A stretch of DNA of 51,416 bases from an uncultured Actinomycetes bacterium (GTDB lineage: Bacteria > Actinomycetota > Acidimicrobiia > Acidimicrobiales > RAAP-2). The stretch spans positions 1 to 51,416 of the forward strand of contig CAIXCS010000036.1 in assembly GCA_903918025.1 (NCBI GenBank), given 5' to 3'. The position numbers and the translations under genes were made by a program. This document shows positions 45,047 to 51,416 of the stretch, in pieces. The number at the start of each line of letters is the position of its first letter. The first letter of the stretch is position 1. The notes under the pieces were generated by a model. The model was not told the DNA's origin. It searched no databases and was given only the letters and a program-made list of their open reading frames with translations.

Positions 45047-45997
45047 GTGGCGAACACGTTGGAGTCGAACGGTCGAAGGCCGTGGTCAGTATCTCCGAAG
45101 CACTTCACCTGGCTCGCCATTGCCTGTGCGGTTGCGTATGGCTTGATCATTGTGTCGGGTGGAGCCGTTCGGCTCACGGGATCAGGACTTGGTTGTCCAA
45201 ATTGGCCGGCGTGCTACAACCACCACATCCTCCCGCAAGCTTCGATTCACCCACTGGTTGAATTCGGGAACCGAATGGTGACTGGCTTCATCTCTATCGT
45301 GACGATCGCGACGATCATCGCTGCCTACCGCCGATCAGAGAAGCGTCAAGACCTCATTTGGCTGTCCTGGGCGCTGCTCGGCGGCATTGTGGTCGAGTCG
45401 GTATGGGGAGCAGTTGTTGTCTATACGAAGCTCAACCCGTACACCGTGCTCATTCACTTTCTGGTCGCACCCATCTTTCTCTGGTTAGCAATTCTCCTCG
45501 TCTACCGGAGCCGCCGTGACGTCAGTGAACCTGGAGTTCTCGTCGTTCCGCGTGCACTCCAACTCGCTGCTCGAGTCCAAACCGGACTCGCAGCGCTTGT
45601 GGTCGCTGCTGGAACGGCGGTGTCCAATGCCGGACCTCACGCAGGAAACTTCAGTGGCCAACAGGTGGCGCATCGACTGCCGTTTGAACTTCGAAGCGTC
45701 GTTGAGGTCCACGCTGGGCTTGCAACGGTCTTGATTGGCTTTGTCAGTGCACTCGTGTTCGCCGTTCTGGCCATCGGCGCACCACCAGTGGTCCGTCGGA
45801 TCACTGAGCGCTTGGTTCTGGTCGTTGTTCTTCAAGGAATGCTCGGAGTGCTCCAATACGCAACACATCTCCCAACAGGGTTGGTGGAACTCCACATCGC
45901 ACTTTCCGTCATGGTGTTGATTGGTGTGATCCGGTTCCAACTCTCACTCGTCGAGCGGCCAATGCTTCCCCATGTGAAGGTTCTTGCCAATCCCTAA
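45047..45997 (+). CDS. ctaA: Heme A synthase (COX15/CtaA)
   Basis: It contains VRLTGSGLGCPNWPAC, has 8 TMs and conserved His residues (IHFLVAP; VHAGLA). It has a GTG start. Confidence 0.85.
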   Translation: MANTLESNGRRPWSVSPKHFTWLAIACAVAYGLIIVSGGAVRLTGSGLGCPNWPACYNHHILPQASIHPLVEFGNRMVTGFISIVTIATIIAAYRRSEKRQDLIWLSWALLGGIVVESVWGAVVVYTKLNPYTVLIHFLVAPIFLWLAILLVYRSRRDVSEPGVLVVPRALQLAARVQTGLAALVVAAGTAVSNAGPHAGNFSGQQVAHRLPFELRSVVEVHAGLATVLIGFVSALVFAVLAIGAPPVVRRITERLVLVVVLQGMLGVLQYATHLPTGLVELHIALSVMVLIGVIRFQLSLVERPMLPHVKVLANP

Positions 45998-46052
45998 CCT
46001 CCTAGTCAACGAGCGCCTCATTCGCTGGTAGCGTCTTGGCTCCACCGCTCTG

Positions 46053-46128
46053 GCCCCCATCGTCTAGCGGCCTAGGACGCCGCCCTTTCACGGCGGTAAC
46101 ACGGGTTCGAATCCCGTTGGGGGTACCA
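46053..46128 (+). tRNA. tRNA-Glu (anticodon TTC), CCA encoded
   Basis: The sequence is GCCCCCATCGTCTAGCGGCCTAGGACGCCGCCCTTTCACGGCGGTAACACGGGTTCGAATCCCGTTGGGGGTACCA. The anticodon loop is CTTTCAC and the T-loop is TTCGAAT. Confidence 0.9.
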
Positions 46129-46150
46129 AATCGCGAGAAGTGACACCAAT

Positions 46151-46168
46151 GCGGATCTTCGGATCTGC
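46151..46168 (+). other. UUCG-tetraloop hairpin 23 nt downstream of tRNA-Glu
   Basis: gcggatc-ttcg-gatctgc forms a 7-bp stem (one G-U pair) capped by a UUCG loop. No T-tract follows. Confidence 0.4.
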
Positions 46169-46204
46169 GTGGGGTCTCACCCCGCTGAGCATCGTTGCGA
46201 AAAC

Positions 46205-46259
46205 GGTGAAGGTGCCTCAGGCTTCAGGTGTGAGCCAACAATCAAGAAGCACCTTCACC
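46205..46259. other. Perfect 11-bp inverted repeat (ggtgaaggtgc ... gcaccttcacc) enclosing 33 nt
   Basis: I read it directly from the sequence. It lies in the 248-bp non-coding gap between tRNA-Glu and the convergent minus-strand gene. Confidence 0.4.
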
Positions 46260-46376
46260 ACATCTGACCCTAGCGAGATCGTGCAAGCCCTCGTGGGACA
46301 GTTGGGGTAATCATCGTCTTCGTTTTACTCTGCCGGAGAACGAATGGTCCCCGTCAGTGCCGAAGGAGTTCCGGCG

Positions 46377-47003
46377 TTAACTGGCCTTCTCATTGAGCGA
46401 TGACGCTGCGACGCCGAAGATGAAGAAGGAATCGAGGCAGTCGCTTGGGTCACGCGACCAGTCATAGGCTCGAACTTCCTCGAGGGTCCGACGGCCAAAT
46501 CGACCACGAAAGAGTTCGAAATCTGGGGCCGATACTGAGATTGGTTCAAGCCCTGCTTGGGCAACCGAGGTCTCGAAGAACCCCAAGAGTTTCGGAGCTA
46601 TCCACGGCAAGAAACCTTCGGGAAGCGAAGCCGGCACGCCACAGGCATTCGCGAGGTCAGCAAGGTGCGTGGAGACATCTGCCACTGCTTGCCACATTCC
46701 CTGACCGTCAGGAGAGGAGAGTGTTGCTTCAAGTGCAGGGGAACGCTCCGACCACTCTTCAATGAGTTGTTGCAGCGGCTTTGACCTGCCCCGCTCTACT
46801 TGCGCAGCAGTCCAAGGTTCGCCAGGTGCTCCAGCAAAATTGCCGGTTTGACCATCTTCGACAACGCCGGCAAGGTGCGAACAGACGTCATGGACGGTCC
46901 AAAGCGGTGTCGCTGGCACCTTCATTGCTTCATCGGTGCTCGTCACGAGTCGGATTACTTCTTCTCGTGCACTTCGGTAGGCAACTCCAAGGTCGATTTC
47001 CAT
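46377..47003 (-). CDS. DinB/MDMPI_N-type (mycothiol-dependent maleylpyruvate-isomerase-like) protein
   Basis: The N-terminal domain pattern AYRSAREEVIRLV...PATPLWTVHDVCSHLAGV...W is typical of the actinobacterial family containing the mycothiol maleylpyruvate isomerase N-terminal domain. Confidence 0.55.
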   Translation of the reverse strand: MEIDLGVAYRSAREEVIRLVTSTDEAMKVPATPLWTVHDVCSHLAGVVEDGQTGNFAGAPGEPWTAAQVERGRSKPLQQLIEEWSERSPALEATLSSPDGQGMWQAVADVSTHLADLANACGVPASLPEGFLPWIAPKLLGFFETSVAQAGLEPISVSAPDFELFRGRFGRRTLEEVRAYDWSRDPSDCLDSFFIFGVAASSLNEKAS

Positions 47004-47061
47004 CCCTCGACGATAACTGGAGTCGGAATTTCGTGCTCGAGTACCCCGTGATTCGCCGGGA

Positions 47062-47679
47062 TTACCGAGTCACTGCTCTCATCAACAACTCCGTTATCGC
47101 GTCAATGTGCTCGGCCTCGTCAAGGACACCGTCATACGGATCAAATTTTGCAGAGAACCCTCGAAGTGTGAACGGTGCCTCCGCTCCATGAGCCACGAGG
47201 AAGAACAGACTTCGCATTGGCAGGGGAAGAATTTGCTCGTTCGCGCGCAGCCGATTGAGCAGGTCAATCATCGGTGCAATCTGGGGAAGGATCACCACTT
47301 CGAAGATGAAGTCAAGACGGGCCGAAGGCTCGACACCTTCGCGGTTCATCAACTGACCTAGTGCCGGGAACGAAGCCGAAGCCGTCAAGAACGAGTGGAT
47401 GAGCGCCCTCAGTTCTTCGAGATCAGATAACTCAGCTGGCCAGGACGTTCGGGCATCTCTGATCGCGTTGAAAAAGCGTTGAAATTCCACCGTCACCGCC
47501 TGGCGAAAGACGCTGTCTTTCGTCCCAAACCGTTGACCGACAGCGCTATGACTCAAACCAAGGTCGGTGCTGAGTGTTCGAAGCGACATGCCTTCGTAGC
47601 CCTGCTCGGCAAAGCACTTGAGCGCGGCATTGAGGATGTCCGTATCCTCAATGATCTTCGGCCTGCCGCGCTCTCTCAT
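47062..47679 (-). CDS. TetR-family transcriptional regulator
   Basis: It has the HTH ILNAALKCFAEQGYEGMSLRTLSTDLGLSHSAVGQRFGTKDSVF. It is divergent from the catabolic operon. Confidence 0.85.
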   Translation of the reverse strand: MRERGRPKIIEDTDILNAALKCFAEQGYEGMSLRTLSTDLGLSHSAVGQRFGTKDSVFRQAVTVEFQRFFNAIRDARTSWPAELSDLEELRALIHSFLTASASFPALGQLMNREGVEPSARLDFIFEVVILPQIAPMIDLLNRLRANEQILPLPMRSLFFLVAHGAEAPFTLRGFSAKFDPYDGVLDEAEHIDAITELLMRAVTR

Positions 47680-47816
47680 TGCTTCATTCTCCCAAGTGCT
47701 GCTTTCGGCAGGGAACTTCTCCGAATTTTCTGCACTCTGGAGAAGTCTCTGCTAGAAACTACCATTAGTTAGTCACACGCCTAAGAAATAAGCGTGACGA
47801 GAGTAGAGGAAGCTCA

Positions 47817-48758
47817 ATGGCACTCACCGACTTGATCGATATAGAACTCGCCGTTCCAAATCCAGGTGAGCTCCAAGAGTTTTGGAATCGTCGCGGCCTT
47901 GCAACAACCGGAACTGGCCGTCTCGGAACCCCCGAGCGTGCGTCACAGATTCGCCTCACCGAATCGGACTACCGCCATGTCTCCCAGATGCGAATTGCAA
48001 CCGAGACCCAAGAGGACCTCGTTCAAATTTCGAATTCGCTCACAGCACTTGGTGCCCAGGTCGAACTCGGAGATGGCTGGTTGGAAAGTATCGATCCACT
48101 GATTGGTCACTCGGTGCGAGTGGAAGTTGCCCGCAATGCTCCGTTAGAGCAGGCACCTTCACGGGAAGTGAATGCTCCGGGCAAGATGATCAGGCAGAAC
48201 CGTCGATCAGAAGCTGCCGTGAGCGAGTGGACGCCGAAACCGAGGCGACTGGGTCACGTGGTGTTCGGGTCGACCGACACCAAAGCCTCGGTTGACTACT
48301 ACGTCAATGGGTTGGGGTTTCGCATCTCTGACCGATTGCCCGAGGTCGAAGCGACGTTCCTCCGGTGCTCAACCGATCACCACAACATGCTGATCCTGCC
48401 GGCGCCGGTTCCCTGCATGAATCACTACGCGTTAGAACTCGAGGACTTCGACGCTGTTGGCTTACGCGGCATCGAGGTTGTCAAGGAACGCCCTGATGCA
48501 TCGGTCTATGGAATCGGCCGACACGTGGTTGGTTCCAATGTGTTTTGGTACCTCCTTGACCCCGCCGGTGGAATGTTCGAGTTCTTCGCTGACATGGACC
48601 AGATCACTGACGATGACCTCTGGGATTTGGAGATCCGTCGTGAGGACTGGGATCCGTTCACGATTGCCACCTACGAATCGGGAACGTCAAAGATGGACTT
48701 CTTCTTGCCGGCGGACATTGACGACATCGCGTCTGGGCGTGAACGGGCAGGCCTGTAA
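47817..48758 (+). CDS. Two-domain VOC-superfamily extradiol ring-cleavage dioxygenase
   Basis: The C-terminal catalytic domain has LGHVVFGSTDTKASVDYYVNGLGFRISDR...FLRCSTDHHNMLIL...MNHYALELEDFD, which is His/His/Glu-type ligand spacing. Confidence 0.7.
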   Translation: MALTDLIDIELAVPNPGELQEFWNRRGLATTGTGRLGTPERASQIRLTESDYRHVSQMRIATETQEDLVQISNSLTALGAQVELGDGWLESIDPLIGHSVRVEVARNAPLEQAPSREVNAPGKMIRQNRRSEAAVSEWTPKPRRLGHVVFGSTDTKASVDYYVNGLGFRISDRLPEVEATFLRCSTDHHNMLILPAPVPCMNHYALELEDFDAVGLRGIEVVKERPDASVYGIGRHVVGSNVFWYLLDPAGGMFEFFADMDQITDDDLWDLEIRREDWDPFTIATYESGTSKMDFFLPADIDDIASGRERAGL

Positions 48759-49537
48759 TGGACCTCGGTATTGCCGGCAGGCAGGCCATTGTCACGGGAT
48801 CAACGCGAGGTCTTGGTTTGGCCTGTGCTGAAGCATTGGCCGCCGAAGGAGTCCATGTTCTCTTGAACGCTCGCACCAACCTCGAGGGCGATCAACTGGC
48901 GAATGAACTGCACGCTCGATTCGGCGTTGACGTCGACTTTCAAGTAGCCGACGTCTCAACCGCTGAAGGTCGAGCACAACTCTTTGCCGTGTGCCCCAAC
49001 CCCGACATTGTCGTCACCAATGCCTCGGGTCCGTCTCCGACGAACTTTGTCGACAACAGTCTGGAACAGTGGAGTGAGGCGTTTGATATGAACTTCCACT
49101 CCGCCGTTGGCATGATGCAGCTCGCACTTCCGGGAATGCGCCAGCGAAGGTTTGGACGCATTGTCAACATCACCTCCGCCATGGTGACCTCTCCGCACCC
49201 GTTGATGACCCTCTCCATTGCAGCCCGAACAGCGCTGACCGGCGTGACCAAGGCCGTCTCAAAGGACGTTGTTTGTGACAATGTCACGATCAACAACCTC
49301 CTCCCTGAGCGAATCGACACCGGTCGCCAACGCCAAATGGCCGAGCTCCAAGTGCAATTTCGAGGCATCACCCTTGAAGAGGCATATGACGAGATGAAGG
49401 CAACCATTGCGGCAAAGCGGCTTGGTCGCCCTGAAGAAGTCGGTGCTGCCTGCGCCTTCCTCGCCTCGATTCATGCTGGGTATATCTCAGGTGAAAACCT
49501 TCACCTCGATGGTGGAAGTTACGAAGGACTGATCTAG
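48758..49537 (+). CDS. SDR-fold protein with a non-canonical active site
   Basis: It has the cofactor motif TGSTRGLGLACA and NITS. No Tyr occurs where YxxxK is expected (LSIAARTALTGVTK). See the findings. Confidence 0.7.
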   Translation: MDLGIAGRQAIVTGSTRGLGLACAEALAAEGVHVLLNARTNLEGDQLANELHARFGVDVDFQVADVSTAEGRAQLFAVCPNPDIVVTNASGPSPTNFVDNSLEQWSEAFDMNFHSAVGMMQLALPGMRQRRFGRIVNITSAMVTSPHPLMTLSIAARTALTGVTKAVSKDVVCDNVTINNLLPERIDTGRQRQMAELQVQFRGITLEEAYDEMKATIAAKRLGRPEEVGAACAFLASIHAGYISGENLHLDGGSYEGLI

Positions 49538-51237
49538 TGGTTGTGGCGTCACCGGGGAGTGAGCTCTACGACGTCTTGATCGTTGGCGGAGGTCCTGTTG
49601 GGCTCATTGAGACCCTGTTGCTTCGCCAACTTGGACTGAGTGTCGTCGTTCTTGAACAGCGAGATGGTCCTCAAACCGCCCCGTCGGCACATGTGGTGAG
49701 CGCACGGACGCTTGAAATCCTCCGAGGGGTCGGCGTCAACATGGCCGAGATTGAAGCCATTGCGCAGCGCCCCAGCGAAGGAGCGTGGGTTCGTTGGGTT
49801 GACAGGCTTGGCGGGAGGGAGCTCGGAGCTGTTCCCTTCGAGAGCTTGCAAGATCCGGAGAAGATGTCGCTGATGACTCCACAGCCACTTCGAAATCTTT
49901 CGCAACATCAACTCGAGCCAGTCCTCTACCGAGAGGTTGCCGACCTCCGAAGCTCCACGCAGTGGATCAGTTGCGTGGAACGTGAGGACGCCGTCGTGAG
50001 CACCGTTCGCGATCTCACGAGCGGCGAAACCTACGAGATCAGCAGCCGCTACGTGATTGGCTGCGATGGTGCGAGCAGTGCCGTTCGTCGCCACTGCGGC
50101 ATTGAAATGATCGGGCCCGACGAGATTGAGAACTTCATCTCCATTCATGCCGAGGCTGATTTGCGAACGCTCGTGGCCCATACGCCCGCAACGCTCTACT
50201 GGATCACCGACCCGACGGTTCAAGGAACCTTCATTGCCCATGACCTCGCCTCGACATGGGTGTACATGACCACGTACAACCCAGCAACTGAATCGGTGGC
50301 TGACTACGACTTGGCCCGCGCAGAAGCGATCTTTCGACGAGCCGGTGGAATTCCTGACGATCTGCCCGTGACGATTCGTCACGTCACCTCTTGGAGGATG
50401 ACTTCGCAAGTCGCAAGTCAGTTTCGTCAGGGACGAATCTTTCTCGTAGGCGATGCCGCTCACCGCTTCCCACCAACTGGTGGACTCGGCCTCAATACCG
50501 GTGCTGCCGAGGCCCACAACTTGGCGTGGAAGCTGGCTTGGGTGCTTCGGGGCTGGGCCTCGCCAAGCCTCCTGGAGTCCTATGAAGCCGAGCGTCGCTC
50601 AATTGCTCAGTACAACTCTGAAGTCAGTTTGGAAAATGCCTTCCGGCTCTTGGAAGTGTGGATTGCACTTGGCGTTGATGGCGACCTCGACGCTTCGAAG
50701 AGTCGCGCCGAGAAGATCCTCGCAACACCAGACGGCATGGCCGAGGTAACAACAGCGATCGAGCATCAAGCCGAACACTTCGATCAACTCGGTGTGCAAC
50801 TTGGTTTCTTCTACGGCCAAGAGGCCGGTCTGGTGCTGAGTGATGATTCAACCCGACCCAATGTCGGAAATTCTGTGCGTGAGTATGTCCCAACGACGGT
50901 GCCAGGATCTCGACTCCCTCACGCGATTGTGCAACGGGGTGACCAGGAGCTCTCGACCTTGGATCTGGTTGAGCCCGGTGCATTCCTTCTTCTCTGCAAT
51001 GAGTCAGCGTGGGCGAGCGTTGAGTTACCGAGCTCGATGCCGGTGACACGTGTAGTGGTCGGTAGCGACATCACCGATCCCTTTGGTCAATGGGCAGCCG
51101 TCTGTGGCATTTCAGAGGACGGCGCCATCCTCGTTCGTCCTGACCAGCACGTGGCTTGGCGCACACAAGCAGGACCGAGCGATTCTGTATCTGAACTCCA
51201 AACACTGCTTCATCAACTAGTCAGGAAGACCAAATGA
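49537..51237 (+). CDS. FAD-dependent aromatic-ring monooxygenase (PheA/TfdB-type hydroxylase)
   Basis: It contains YDVLIVGGGPVGL (GxGxxG), CDGASSAVR, GDAAHRFPPTGGLGLNTG and a C-terminal thioredoxin-like domain. It has a GTG start. Confidence 0.85.
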   Translation: MVVASPGSELYDVLIVGGGPVGLIETLLLRQLGLSVVVLEQRDGPQTAPSAHVVSARTLEILRGVGVNMAEIEAIAQRPSEGAWVRWVDRLGGRELGAVPFESLQDPEKMSLMTPQPLRNLSQHQLEPVLYREVADLRSSTQWISCVEREDAVVSTVRDLTSGETYEISSRYVIGCDGASSAVRRHCGIEMIGPDEIENFISIHAEADLRTLVAHTPATLYWITDPTVQGTFIAHDLASTWVYMTTYNPATESVADYDLARAEAIFRRAGGIPDDLPVTIRHVTSWRMTSQVASQFRQGRIFLVGDAAHRFPPTGGLGLNTGAAEAHNLAWKLAWVLRGWASPSLLESYEAERRSIAQYNSEVSLENAFRLLEVWIALGVDGDLDASKSRAEKILATPDGMAEVTTAIEHQAEHFDQLGVQLGFFYGQEAGLVLSDDSTRPNVGNSVREYVPTTVPGSRLPHAIVQRGDQELSTLDLVEPGAFLLLCNESAWASVELPSSMPVTRVVVGSDITDPFGQWAAVCGISEDGAILVRPDQHVAWRTQAGPSDSVSELQTLLHQLVRKTK

Positions 51238-51416
51238 AGATCGCCAATATCAATGGAAGAGCCAGCCTGATCATTGACGGTCAGGCGCTCGACATCGCCA
51301 AGGCAAGCGCCGGCGCGTTCGGCCCAAGCCTCCAGTCGGTCTACGACAATTTCGACACTTTCACCGCCGAAGCCCCCGTGTTTCCGCAGGATGGACTTCA
51401 ATCTTTTTCGCAGAAC
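51234..51416 (+). CDS. Probable fumarylacetoacetate-hydrolase (FAH) family protein, N-terminal fragment; runs off the right edge
   Basis: My own translation gives MKIANINGRASLIIDGQALDIAKASAGAFGPSLQSVYDNFDTF.... It has an ATGA overlap with the monooxygenase stop. The N-terminal pattern resembles FAH-family hydratases/hydrolases, but only 61 aa are visible. Confidence 0.35.
   Translation, partial: MKIANINGRASLIIDGQALDIAKASAGAFGPSLQSVYDNFDTFTAEAPVFPQDGLQSFSQN

Overview
This 51.4 kb window is chromosomal DNA from a moderately high-GC member of the Actinomycetota. That placement is an inference from gene content: an F420/LLM-type oxidoreductase, a mycothiol-type DinB/MDMPI protein, a SenX3/RegX3-like pair beside serS, ctaA / ABC-2 transporter / ctaB synteny, LGFP repeats and actinobacterial-style T4SS genes. 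I count about 55 protein genes and two tRNAs (Arg-ACG and Glu-TTC). I found no rRNA and no CRISPR array. Most of the window is housekeeping or metabolic backbone, but four blocks stand out. (1) 11.16-15.57 kb holds six translationally coupled minus-strand genes forming a mau-like operon (MauE-like, MauD-like and MauA-light-chain-like genes). Its apparent substrate is a Tat-exported domain of about 16 Cys fused to LGFP wall-binding repeats, and no dehydrogenase heavy chain or MauG is present. (2) 17.3-21.4 kb encodes a 1378-aa secreted protein built from three modules of six NHL blades plus an Ig-like domain, flanked by two secreted hydrolases. (3) 25.69-29.61 kb is purely insertional DNA between amt and tRNA-Arg. 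One IS481-family element inserted twice into the tRNA 3' end, leaving three direct copies of the 15-bp target. The older copy has decayed and carries a Fic/XRE 'mobile mystery protein' pair; the younger copy has an in-frame TGA in its transposase. (4) 32.4-37.7 kb is a compact five-gene T4SS-like operon (pilin-like protein, VirB6-like protein, split VirB4, VirD4-like protein). It has no relaxase or wall hydrolase and is wedged between ppgK and senX3. All functional calls come from motif and architecture recognition by eye, because no database search or computation could be run.
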